The notes beneath the pieces are model-generated. The model was not told the origin of the DNA, made no database searches, and saw only the letters and a program-made list of their open reading frames with translations. A program made the translations under genes and the position numbers. This document shows, piece after piece, positions 8,082-17,488 of a stretch of 32,000 nucleotides of DNA (positions are counted from its first letter, which is position 1; every line of letters begins with the position of its first letter). This stretch comes from Archaeoglobus fulgidus DSM 4304 (GTDB lineage Archaea > Halobacteriota > Archaeoglobi > Archaeoglobales > Archaeoglobaceae), in assembly GCF_000008665.1 (NCBI RefSeq), contig NC_000917.1:1890001-1922000 (forward strand). The letters run 5' to 3'.

Positions 8082-8924
8082 ATGTTCCAGTCAGACTTAA
8101 AGCTGATAGTGTTCCAGCACGGATTTTTCGGGGAGCGCTTTGTGGCCAACCTGATGAACTATCCCAACTCCTGCCCGTCTTACGGGGCATGTGGAATTGA
8201 TGGCTGCACACAGTGCAAGGAGGGGCTTTACAACTTCTCCAAAAACATAATAGCCGTTTTTTCGATGCCCGACCCGACAACAATGCCCGACTTCATTGAG
8301 AACGCTGAAGACTTTTTGCCAAAGGTTATTCCAGAAGCAGACATTGCGGTTGCGATCAACCTCCATCCTGACGTTCTCGCAGTAATGCCTGAAAAGCTTA
8401 AGGGGAAGGTTAAGGCCCTCATTGTTCCCGTTGAGGAGCCAAGGTGGTGCTCTCCCGGCCTGGCGAAGCAGATAAGGGAGAAGTGCGACGAGCTTGGCCT
8501 TGAGTTTGCCGCCCCAAAGCCCTTCTGCAATCTAAGGCCAAGTGAGGAACATCCAACAATTAACAGAATGATTGAGGAGATGAGAATCGGCTACCCTGAG
8601 TTCGAAATTGAGCTGCTTGAAGACGGCAAAGCCTACGTGAGAATCTCAAGGTCTCAACCGTGCGGCTGTGCGTACTACATAGGAGTAAAGCTCAGGGGAT
8701 TCGACTTCAGTGAGGTGAAGGAGGGAAAAATGAGGGAGCTCTGGAATGTTGTTGCTGAAGCCCACCACAGCTATCCCTGCACCGCAAGCATGGAGAGGGA
8801 CAACGAATACAATGAAACTCTGCTCCACGTCGGTGGTTACATAGCGAGGCACGCTGTAAACAGAGCTTTGGGCTATGAGGGGGATGAGGATATTCCTGAG
8901 CACATCAAACACATCGTTCTCTGA
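8082..8924 (+). CDS. Uncharacterised Cys-rich cytoplasmic protein (possibly DUF166-type; family not verified)
   Basis: 280 aa. Cys cluster NSCPSYGACGIDGCTQCKEG, and later SQPCGCAYY. A TATA-like TTATAT lies about 25 nt upstream of the ATG (leaderless-type start). The 3' end overlaps the convergent kinase gene by 20 nt. Confidence 0.75.
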   Translation: MFQSDLKLIVFQHGFFGERFVANLMNYPNSCPSYGACGIDGCTQCKEGLYNFSKNIIAVFSMPDPTTMPDFIENAEDFLPKVIPEADIAVAINLHPDVLAVMPEKLKGKVKALIVPVEEPRWCSPGLAKQIREKCDELGLEFAAPKPFCNLRPSEEHPTINRMIEEMRIGYPEFEIELLEDGKAYVRISRSQPCGCAYYIGVKLRGFDFSEVKEGKMRELWNVVAEAHHSYPCTASMERDNEYNETLLHVGGYIARHAVNRALGYEGDEDIPEHIKHIVL

Positions 8925-10640
8925 ACCTTTTTGGCAGCTTTACGACAAACATTGCCCCGCTCGGCTCGTTGTCCCTGACCTCTATGCTTCCTCCATAGAG
9001 CTCAACCATCTTTTTGACGATGAAAAGGCCCAAGCCTGTGCCATAACCTGCGGAGAATCCCTCCTCGAAAATCTTCTCCTTAAGCTCATCTGGGATGCCC
9101 TTTCCGTTGTCCCTGACAACGAGCACACCCCATCCGTTTTCAGCGTAGGTCTCCACGCTTATCTTCACATCATCCCTGCCTGAGTGCTTTATCGCATTGT
9201 TGATGAGGTTGAAGACCACAGTTCTGACATTCTCGTTAGCCAAAACCGTCACGTCCTCAAGGTCAAGATCGATCTCAGCCATTTCTCTGAAGGTTGCAGC
9301 AATCTCTCGAACAACTTCTGTAAGATTTATCTCCTTCCTTACATCTCCAGCCATTTCAAGATTTTTCACCTCGTAAATCATCCTCGAAATCCTGTCTATC
9401 TTTGAAAGTGCAGTTTCAAGCAGCTTTTCATCTTTAAGCTCAATGGCAGCCCTTATTACGGTTAAATCGTTGAGAATGTCGTGTCTAAGCATTTTGTTTA
9501 GCAGCGATAGGTGCTCGCTCTTCCTCCTCAGCTCATCGGTCAGAATGTGTATTCTGGTTGTGTCCAAAGCCGTTGAGGCGACAGCTGGTTTTCCATCGTA
9601 ATCAATTCTCACAAGCCTGACCGTTACCCATCTGACCTCTCCGCTCTTCGTCACTATCCTAAAGCTGATGTCTTCCGCCCTGCTTATGCCCGACTCCACT
9701 TCCCGATACTTTTTCGAGACGAAGTCCCTGTCTTCGGGGTGTATCAGCAGTTCAAGGCCTTCCAATTCGCTAAGCTCATGCTTTCCAAAGCCGGTAACGC
9801 TCTCGAAAGCCTCGTTGGCGTAAACAATCCTGCCGCTCTGGACTATGTGAATGGGCGCCAAGGACTTCTCAATCAGCGACCTGTGGAACTCCTCGCTTTT
9901 CTTCAATTCTGTGATGTCGATTGCGGTTATAGCTACTGCAGATCTGCCGTTCAAAGATATCCTGCTTCCCCTAACGCTCGCCCATATCTCTCTTCCCGAT
10001 TTTGAGAATACTCTGAAATCGTGGGACTCCACATCGCTTTCTCCGGAAATAAGCCTTAGGTACTTCTCCAGAACTGCATTCCTGTCATCGGGATGTATGA
10101 AAAACTCGAAAGGATTTACTCCGTTCAATTCCTCCCTCGTATAACCCGTTATCTCCTCGAAGGCCCTGTTGGCGTAAACGAAAACACCGTCCTGAACAAT
10201 CGCCACAGGTGCGACTGACTCCTCAATCAGCGACCTGTGGAACTCCTCGCTCTCTTTCAGCCTGGCCTGAAGCATTTTGTTGGCTGTAATGTCTATCCAG
10301 TTTCCCACACCAAATCTTTTTCCCTCAATCTCTACCGGAACGATAAAGCCCCAGACCCACCTCACCTTTCCGTCTTTCGTGATGTACCTGTTTTCCATGA
10401 AGACCTTCTCCCCTTTCAGCCCTTTTAAGTAGTTCTGGATAATCATTTCGTGTTCTTCCTCAGGAGCAAGCCTGAATACTCCAATTCTGTAAATTTCATC
10501 CTTTGAGTAGCCCGTAAACGTTTCAACGATTTTATTTACATATCTTATTTTTAAATCCTCATCAACAACGAACACTCCCACCAGGGAATTCTCCACAACT
10601 TCTTTCCAGAATCCAGAGTTATTAATCACAATACTATTCA
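8905..10640 (-). CDS. Cytoplasmic sensor histidine kinase with three PAS-like domains
   Basis: Two PAS repeats begin SEEFHRSLIE. H-box MLRHDILNDL, N-box NLINNAIKHS, G1 VRDNGKGIP, G2 GTGLGLFIV. I moved the start to the ATG at 10640 (MNSIVINN...). The longer track ORF (to 10731) would cover the divergent promoter and the start of the neighbouring gene. Confidence 0.85.
9868..9897. repeat. 30-nt exact direct repeat, copy 1, inside the PAS-domain duplication
   Basis: CTCAATCAGCGACCTGTGGAACTCCTCGCT occurs at 9868..9897 and again at 10222..10251. The period is 354 nt, or 118 codons. Confidence 0.9.
10222..10251. repeat. 30-nt exact direct repeat, copy 2
   Basis: Identical 30-mer to 9868..9897. 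On the minus strand it encodes part of SEEFHRSLIE. Confidence 0.9.
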
Positions 10641-10729
10641 TGATTATTACTACAATTATGAGATATATTAAGGTTTCCACATTGGATCCACAACCCAAAA
10701 ATTTTTCACCAGAGTGCAGATTTTGCTGC

Positions 10730-11455
10730 ATGCAGAACGAGCTGCTGTGGTTCGCTCTACTGTTTGCAAGCTTTGTGGGGATAATCCTAGCCTACAGACT
10801 TTTCGGTCGAACAGGGCTTTACGCATGGACGGCAATGGCAATTATTCTGGCTAACATTCAGGTTATGAAGACGATAAGGTTCTTTGGGCTCGTTACGGCG
10901 ATGGGCAACATCGTTTACGGAACAACCTTCCTTGTCACTGACATCCTCTGCGAAAACTACGGGAAGAGAGAGGCCAAAAAGGCCGTAGAAGTAGGATTCT
11001 TCGTTCTCGTTGTGTTCACACTGCTTATGCAAATATGCCTTGCCTTCATTCCCCACGAGAGCGACACTTTAAGCCCTCACCTGGAGCAGATATTCGGAAT
11101 AATGCCGAGAATAACTGTTGCCAGTCTCACAGCCTACTTGGTTTCTCAGCTCCACGACGTCTGGGCCTTTGACTTCTGGAAAAGGAGAACGAAGGGCAGA
11201 TTCCTCTGGCTGAGAAACAACGCATCGACGATGGTTTCGCAGCTAATCGACAATGCAGTCTTCACGTGGATTGCCTTCGTTGGCTTCGGAGTTTTCTGGG
11301 AGCAGGTGTTTCCATGGGAGCTTATCGCTGAGATTTTCGTGACCTCATATATCATGAAGTTCATTGTTGCTGCCCTCGACACTCCGTTCGTTTACATCGC
11401 AAAAATGATTAAAAGCGAGGCTGATAGAGCCGAGGTTGTTTCAAAGGTCCATTGA
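10730..11455 (+). CDS. yhhQ: YhhQ/DUF165 (VUT) family queuosine-precursor-type transporter
   Basis: Polytopic protein. The signature FDFWKRRTKGRFLWLRNNASTMVSQLIDNAVF matches the YhhQ family pattern (RxxxST..SQ..D). I chose the start at ATG 10730 (MQNELLWFALL...), with an AT-rich box about 25-30 nt upstream. The track start at 10640 is implausible. Confidence 0.8.
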   Translation: MQNELLWFALLFASFVGIILAYRLFGRTGLYAWTAMAIILANIQVMKTIRFFGLVTAMGNIVYGTTFLVTDILCENYGKREAKKAVEVGFFVLVVFTLLMQICLAFIPHESDTLSPHLEQIFGIMPRITVASLTAYLVSQLHDVWAFDFWKRRTKGRFLWLRNNASTMVSQLIDNAVFTWIAFVGFGVFWEQVFPWELIAEIFVTSYIMKFIVAALDTPFVYIAKMIKSEADRAEVVSKVH

Positions 11456-12082
11456 AACCAATTTTTCTGCAAGCCCGTCGAAGACGAACTCCACAGCTAT
11501 CGCAGCAAGGAATATGGCGAGTATTCTCGCCGCAATGTCCGCACCGCTCCGGCCGAGGAGTCTGATGATTGGGGCGCTGTAGATGTGGCTCAGCCTGACG
11601 ATCGAGTAAACCAGCGCGGCACTCAGAACGACGAGCAGTTTCATCACCACATCTCCCGCCTGCGAGTAAAGCACGATTCCTGCCGTAATCGCTCCGGGGC
11701 CAGTGTAGAGAGGCAGGGCGAGGGGGAATACAGCAATGGAATCCACATCAATGCTTTCCTCAGCCCTTCTTTTGTAAGCCTCCCTTCTAGTCCCGCCGAG
11801 GAGGATATCGACTGAGGAAATGAAGAGAAGTATTCCTCCCGCAATTTTCAGGCTGCTGATGGAAACGCCGAAGTAGTCGAGAATTTTACCGCCCGTCACC
11901 ATCGTGATGAACAGAATCAGGAAGGCAATGATTGTTGCTCTTTTCGAAATTTTCTCCCTGTACTCATCGCTGAATCTCTCCGTTAACGCTATGAAAATCG
12001 GCAGATTTCCAGGAGGGTCGATTATTATGAAGAGCGTCGTGAAGCTTGCAAAAAAGAAGCTGAGGTAGCCAGCGATGTCCAT
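11441..12082 (-). CDS. MarC-family (UPF0056) integral membrane protein
   Basis: 213 aa, six-TM-like. The N-terminal IIIDPPGNLPIFIAL motif is typical of MarC. It lies 2 nt downstream of the preceding gene. Confidence 0.8.
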   Translation of the reverse strand: MDIAGYLSFFFASFTTLFIIIDPPGNLPIFIALTERFSDEYREKISKRATIIAFLILFITMVTGGKILDYFGVSISSLKIAGGILLFISSVDILLGGTRREAYKRRAEESIDVDSIAVFPLALPLYTGPGAITAGIVLYSQAGDVVMKLLVVLSAALVYSIVRLSHIYSAPIIRLLGRSGADIAARILAIFLAAIAVEFVFDGLAEKLVSMDL

Positions 12083-12084
12083 AC

Positions 12085-13020
12085 TCAGCCCTCTCTCACA
12101 GCTTTCCTCACATTTTCAAGCAGCTGCAAAGCCAGCTCCTGAGAGGGGAAGGAGAACAGCCCACAATCAGGGCCGATGTAAGCAAGCAAATCTCCAAAGC
12201 GCTCTTTTGCCTTGCTGATCCTCTCCGCAATTTTCTCCACAGGCTCTATTTCATCGATTGCGAGGGAGATTAGCTCCTCATTGCCCCACGCATTAACGCC
12301 GTGCAAGGCGTTGAACTCGGCTATTATTCCGTCAATATCGCTCCTCGCAACCCCGATTCTGAGCTTTTTTTCCGCTGATGCAACAGCCTCAGCATCAATG
12401 AAGTCCATGTTCTCTGGCTTTTTAGCGCACTCAATGCCGATAACATCTACAGACGTTTCAAGAATCTTCTCGTAGTAGAGCGGCTCGTGAAGGTGAATCT
12501 GCACGTCCTGCTTAACTTTGTAGTCCAGAGCTTTCTGTAAAAGTTCCTCATCCGGCTGCAAGTCCGGAGCGATTCCGAGGCTGGGCTCGTCGATGCTTAT
12601 ACAAACGACATTTTCGTGCTTTGCCGCATTCTCCACAAACCTTCTCACCGACTCTGCAAGGTTCAGCAGAATGTCCTCGTAAATCACGCCCCCAAACTCC
12701 CTGTAGTAGAGCTCAAAGGGGCCGGTGATGCAGACCCTCACAGCCTCAACGCTCATTTTTTCAACATACTCAAGCTCCGGAATTACGGCCTTCCTTTCGT
12801 CTATAAGGTAGGGCTCCACCTGGTTGGCCTTTATGGGCTGCATGAACATCTCTATCATGTCCCTGAACTGCGGATAAGTAGGGACGTCGAGAACCTTCGC
12901 CTTCATGAGGAAAGCTCTCTGAACCATCTCCTCGTATTCTTTCGTGTGGAGGTTTCGCTCCACCCACTCCCTCGTAATCCCCTTGGGAAGGGGAAAGCTG
13001 CCGATATCGTCGAGCATCAT
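12085..13020 (-). CDS. MetE-like (cobalamin-independent methionine synthase C-terminal-domain family) protein
   Basis: 311 aa with ISIDEPSL, IGIEC and GPDCGLFSF, which parallel the MetE IDEP, IE and PDCGL motifs. The exact activity is uncertain. Confidence 0.6.
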   Translation of the reverse strand: MMLDDIGSFPLPKGITREWVERNLHTKEYEEMVQRAFLMKAKVLDVPTYPQFRDMIEMFMQPIKANQVEPYLIDERKAVIPELEYVEKMSVEAVRVCITGPFELYYREFGGVIYEDILLNLAESVRRFVENAAKHENVVCISIDEPSLGIAPDLQPDEELLQKALDYKVKQDVQIHLHEPLYYEKILETSVDVIGIECAKKPENMDFIDAEAVASAEKKLRIGVARSDIDGIIAEFNALHGVNAWGNEELISLAIDEIEPVEKIAERISKAKERFGDLLAYIGPDCGLFSFPSQELALQLLENVRKAVREG

Positions 13021-13021
13021 G

Positions 13022-13321
13022 TTATTTCTCTATAATTCCTCCCCTTATGGCAAGCCTCTCAATCTGGTCTCTCAATTCCTCCAGATTGTCCATAAGCTCT
13101 CTCCAGTTGTCTTCACTGGTAGCATAAGTTTCTCTCAGCTCTCTCAGCCTGAGCTTTATTCTTCTCACCTGATCAGCGTAAATCTCCTCATTCTCTGTGC
13201 CGTAGAACATGTTTCCGATTCTACCGATAGCGGCCCTCAGAAGCCTTATTCTCTCCTCAACATCTCCGCTGTAGTCGAAAGATTCGAGAAGTTCCTCAAG
13301 ATGTTCTTTTATTGAAACCAT
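13022..13321 (-). CDS. Small acidic coiled-coil protein, unknown function
   Basis: 99 aa (HLEELLESF...RRIKLRLRELRETYATSEDNWRELMDNLEELRDQIERL). It is the first gene of a tightly spaced 99aa / MetE-like / MarC string with 1-2 nt gaps. An AT-rich box lies about 30 nt upstream. Confidence 0.6.
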   Translation of the reverse strand: MVSIKEHLEELLESFDYSGDVEERIRLLRAAIGRIGNMFYGTENEEIYADQVRRIKLRLRELRETYATSEDNWRELMDNLEELRDQIERLAIRGGIIEK

Positions 13322-13365
13322 ATAATTGAGTTATTTTCCTGTTAAAAAATTTTGCACCTGACAAA

Positions 13366-14190
13366 CTACTTCTCCCAGCCACCTCTTTTGGTAAATAGGT
13401 AGATGAAAATCAAGGCTGAAGCTGTTAGAATGACGAATGCGGACGTTTTGTCTATCTTTATCTCAGGTTCCACCTTGAACTCTAGAACACACTTTGTTTT
13501 GCACTGGTAAACGCTGTAATCCACGCCTTTAAACTGCTGAACTCCCCTGTATGCTGCGTTGCTTTGATTGGTAACCGGAAGAGTCGTAAAAATGAGAACA
13601 GTCTGGTTTTCAGCTCCACTTAGTGAAAGCTTTGGCTTAACCAGCCTGTAGGTGATGGATACCTCACCCGTGCTGTTCGCGGGGACGATGAGCTTCTTCA
13701 GAGTGAGATTTCCATTGAGATCAGAAAAATCCAGAAAACTCAGAGAGGAGTCGGAGATTTTCAATCCCGTATGCTCGGGGAGGGGGATTGCAAGGTCTCC
13801 CTCGAAGTTCTCCCCTCCTGAATTGGTTATGAGGACTATCTCAAAAACTTCGAGGCTCGGCTGGACGATTGCATGCCTCATCATGCTCAGATTTTCCGTT
13901 CTGTTTGTGAACAGAAGGTTGAACGTAACGGTTTTGTTACTGTCAAGCCTCAAATCTTTGACGAAGGTTTTGTTGAGCGCAAAAAGCGTAAGCGTGTAGT
14001 TTCCTGCCGGTAAGCTTATGATCGAACCATTTTTTACGGTTTCAACCTTTGACAGGTTCTCCCCGAATATGCCCAGCTCAGCCGTGCCGTTGTACCCCTT
14101 AATGAAGACCTGAAAGTGGAGCTCTGCAGCTTGCACAGTCAACAATCCGGTTATGATCAAAAGCAGCGGCAGCAAAGTTAGCTTCCTCAT
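13366..14190 (-). CDS. Secreted, C-terminally anchored protein rich in N-glycosylation sequons
   Basis: 274 aa. Signal peptide [24 protein letters not shown]-terminal TM SAFVILTASALIFIYLF followed by TKRGGWEK. I counted 12 N-x-S/T sequons. The start overlaps the GT2 stop (ATGA at 14187..14190). Confidence 0.75.
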   Translation of the reverse strand: MRKLTLLPLLLIITGLLTVQAAELHFQVFIKGYNGTAELGIFGENLSKVETVKNGSIISLPAGNYTLTLFALNKTFVKDLRLDSNKTVTFNLLFTNRTENLSMMRHAIVQPSLEVFEIVLITNSGGENFEGDLAIPLPEHTGLKISDSSLSFLDFSDLNGNLTLKKLIVPANSTGEVSITYRLVKPKLSLSGAENQTVLIFTTLPVTNQSNAAYRGVQQFKGVDYSVYQCKTKCVLEFKVEPEIKIDKTSAFVILTASALIFIYLFTKRGGWEK

Positions 14191-15149
14191 TCAACCACCC
14201 TCTGCATAGCTTCCCACTCAACCTCCCTTTTTCTGACAAAGGAGAATAAAGCTCTTACTGCGGCATACTGTAGCATGATTGTGTGGATGAAAAGTCCGAG
14301 AGTCACCTTTACTTTGGAAAGTCTGCGGAAGTGGTAGATAAGCAGGAGAGGAGAAAGGAGAAGAAGGGGCAGGAAAAGGATGGGTATGAAGGTGAGGGTG
14401 AGAGCCATGTACCAAGAGAGCCTCACTCCCCACGGGGCCTTCCTCATTTCCTTCCTGTACCTCCACAGCTGCAAACCCCCGTAATACCACCTCTTTCTCT
14501 GGTTGTAGAGGTCTTTCCATGTTAGCGGAGACTGCTCGTATATTTTTGATGTTCTGACGAGAATTGCCCTTCTCCCTTTAGCATGCATTCTTGTCGCAAA
14601 GTCGGCGTCCTCGGCAACAGCCCACTCGTTCAGCCCCTCCTCCATCAAAAACTTTGCCCTCAAAACCCCAATTAAACCGTTAAATTGCCTGAACCTGCTT
14701 TTCCCAAGGAGGAAGTTGATTAGGTAGTACTCGGCCTCAACAGTCTCGGTGACAAGGTTGATGGGGTTGCTGATGTACCTCTTTGTTGAAGCTATGTAGC
14801 AGTCCTCGCAGCCCTCAAGGGCTTTGACGCACTCAACCACGAAGTTCTTCTCGGGCCTCGAATCTACGTCGAAGATTGCTACGTAGTCTGGTTTGAAGCT
14901 GGAGAGGCGCTTGATGGCATCGTTTATAGCCCCAGCCCTCTTCCCCCTTCTGTCCTTCCTGAAAACAACCTCTGCTCCGAGTTTCTCAGCCAGCTCAGCC
15001 CTTCTGTCATCCTTACCGTTGGAGTCAATTACATAGACAAACCTCACTTCAAAATCATCGTAGTCAAGGGACTTCAGGTGCTCGATGCTTCTTCTGATTA
15101 TTTCCTCATCCTCAAAGGGCGAGACGGGAACAACTACGGCCAGCCTCAT
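14187..15149 (-). CDS. Family-2 glycosyltransferase with processive-type motifs and C-terminal TM segments
   Basis: 320 aa with the D...DxD (FDVDSRP), AEDAD and QRKRW (QxxRW) motifs. Hydrophobic C-terminus [23 protein letters not shown]. The start overlaps the gatB stop (15146..15149). Confidence 0.85.
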
Positions 15150-16561
15150 GAGAGCATTTCTTCTATGAGCTTTGCCGTATCAGCAGGATCAGCCCTTCCG
15201 CGAGTTTTTTTCATAACCTGCCCGACGAGGAAGTTCAGGGCCTGCCTCTTTCCGCTGAGGTAGTCCTCAACAGCCTTCGGATTCTCCTCAATGGCCTCTT
15301 TGCAGAATTTTATGATTTCTTCCTTTGGAATGGCGAAAAGCCCCTTCTTCTGGATGATTGCATCAATCTCTCCACCCTCATCAAGCTTCGTCCTTATGAC
15401 CTCAACAACTCCCTTCTCCGTTATCCTATCCTCTTCGAAGTACTTCAGCAGCTTGGCAAACTCCTCCGGCTTGAAAACCTCCCAGCACTTGGCAAAGCTC
15501 CAGTCTCTGTAATTAAGCTCTCCTCTCAGCACGTCAACAATCCAGCTTGCCGCAAGTTTTGGATCAACCAGCTTCGCAACCTCTTCAAAGTAGTCTGCCA
15601 TCTTTACGTCGAGAATCAGCACCTTGGCAAAGTTATCACCAATGCCGTACTGCCGCTTTAGCCTCTCCCTCTTCTCCTCTGGCATTTCTGGCAGAGTGCC
15701 CTCAACCTCCCTGACAATCTCCTCCGTAAGAACCGGCACCAGATCAGGCTCGGGGAAGTAGCGGTAGTCCTGCTCTTCCTCCTTGCTTCTGAGCGAAACC
15801 GTGATGTTCCTTGCTTCATCAAAGTGCCTCGTTTCTCTAACAACACTTCTCCCCCTCTGCAGGAGGTTCTTCTGCCTCATAATTTCGTAGCTCAGGGCCT
15901 TTTCAACGCCCTTGAAGGATGAAATGTTCTTTATCTCCACTCTGCCACTCCCTCTGATGGAGATGTTGGCATCAACCCTCATGGCCCCCTCCAGATCCCC
16001 ATCGAAGACTTCGAGATACTCAAGAATCATCCTGAGCTTGTTCAGGAAAAGCCTCGCCTCCTTGGGCGAGTTCATCACCGGCTCTGTAACAATTTCAAGC
16101 AGAGGGGCGCCGCTTCTGTTGTAGTCGATGAGAGAGTACTTTGCCGTCGTAATCGAACCTTTGTAGCTGAGCTTTCCAGGGTCTTCCTCCATGTGCACCC
16201 TCTTGAGCTGAATTCTCTTCTCCTGACCGTCGAGCTCAATGGTGACGTAACCACCAAGGGCCAAGGGGCGGTCGTACTGGCTGATTTGAAATCCTTTCGG
16301 CAAATCGGGGTAGAAGTAGTTCTTCCTGTCGAAGACTGTGAAGGGCTGTATTTCTGCGTTTAAGGCCATGGCCACCTTCACAGCAGCTTTAACAGCTTCC
16401 TTGTTGATGACGGGCATAGCCCCCGGCATTCCGAGGCATACTGGACAGACGTGGGTGTTGGGAGGGCTTTGGTGATAGTTAAGGGGGCATGAGCAGAAAA
16501 GTTTAGTTCTGAGCCTGTTAAGCTGAACGTGAACCTCAAGCCCTATCACGACGTCATCCAT
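15146..16561 (-). CDS. gatB: Asp/Glu-tRNA(Asn/Gln) amidotransferase subunit B
   Basis: [15 protein letters not shown]...[13 protein letters not shown]... is the canonical GatB N-terminus. I chose the start at ATG 16561. The track ORF extends to 16624, across the divergent alkA promoter. Confidence 0.93.
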
Positions 16562-16600
16562 AATGGCTGCACTAAAAGGCGTATTAAAAAGGTTGTGAAC

Positions 16601-17488
16601 ATGTGGAGAATTGAGCTGAAGCATGCGGTAAACTGGGAACTGAAGATGAAATTCTTCGTTCTGCCTGAGCTGCCTACTCCGGATGTTGTTGAAAGCGGTG
16701 TGTGGAGAAGAGCCATCGTGCTGGATGGCAGGGCAGTTGCGGTGATGGCTTATCCGGAGAGTGAGAGAACGATTGTGGTTGAGGGGAATTTTGAGAATAG
16801 GGAGTGGGAAGCGGTCAGGCGTAAGCTTGTCGAATACTTAGGCCTGCAGAATCCGGAGGAGCTTTACAGGTTTATGGACGGTGATGAAAAGTTAAGGATG
16901 CTAAAAAACAGGTTCTACGGGTTTGGCAGGGCTGGTTTGATGTCGATGAGCGTTTTTGAGGGCATTGCCAAGGCCATCATACAGCAGCAAATCTCTTTCG
17001 TAGTTGCGGAGAAACTTGCTGCAAAAATTGTTGGGAGGTTTGGTGATGAGGTTGAATGGAATGGGCTGAAATTTTACGGCTTTCCCACTCAGGAGGCCAT
17101 TCTGAAAGCTGGGGTAGAGGGGCTGAGAGAGTGCGGGCTGAGCAGGAGGAAGGCGGAGCTGATTGTGGAGATTGCCAAGGAGGAGAATCTGGAGGAGTTG
17201 AAGGAGTGGGGTGAAGAGGAGGCATACGAGTATCTCACTTCCTTCAAGGGCATAGGCAGGTGGACAGCTGAGCTTGTTCTGTCAATGGCCCTCGGCAAGA
17301 ACGTTTTTCCAGCAGATGATCTTGGCGTGAGGAGGGCGGTTTCAAGGCTTTACTTCAATGGGGAGATTCAGAGTGCGGAAAAAGTGAGGGAGATTGCGAG
17401 GGAGAGGTTTGGCAGGTTTGCGAGGGACATACTGTTCTACCTCTTTCTCTACGACAGATTTTTTAGTAAAAAGACAGAATTAGTTTGA
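16601..17488 (+). CDS. alkA: DNA-3-methyladenine glycosylase, AlkA type (HhH-GPD superfamily)
   Basis: HhH motif [13 protein letters not shown] followed by the catalytic-Asp context [11 protein letters not shown]. Starting at ATG 16601 (MWRIELK...) gives 295 aa, which matches my recollection of the characterised archaeal AlkA length. Confidence 0.88.

Noticed and set aside
10641-10731. Long versions of the kinase (to 10731) and the YhhQ-like gene (from 10640), which would overlap head to head by about 90 nt
   Set aside because: The internal ATGs at 10640 (minus) and 10730 (plus) leave an 89-bp AT-rich divergent promoter with TATA-like boxes at suitable distances. The extensions have no family-like sequence.
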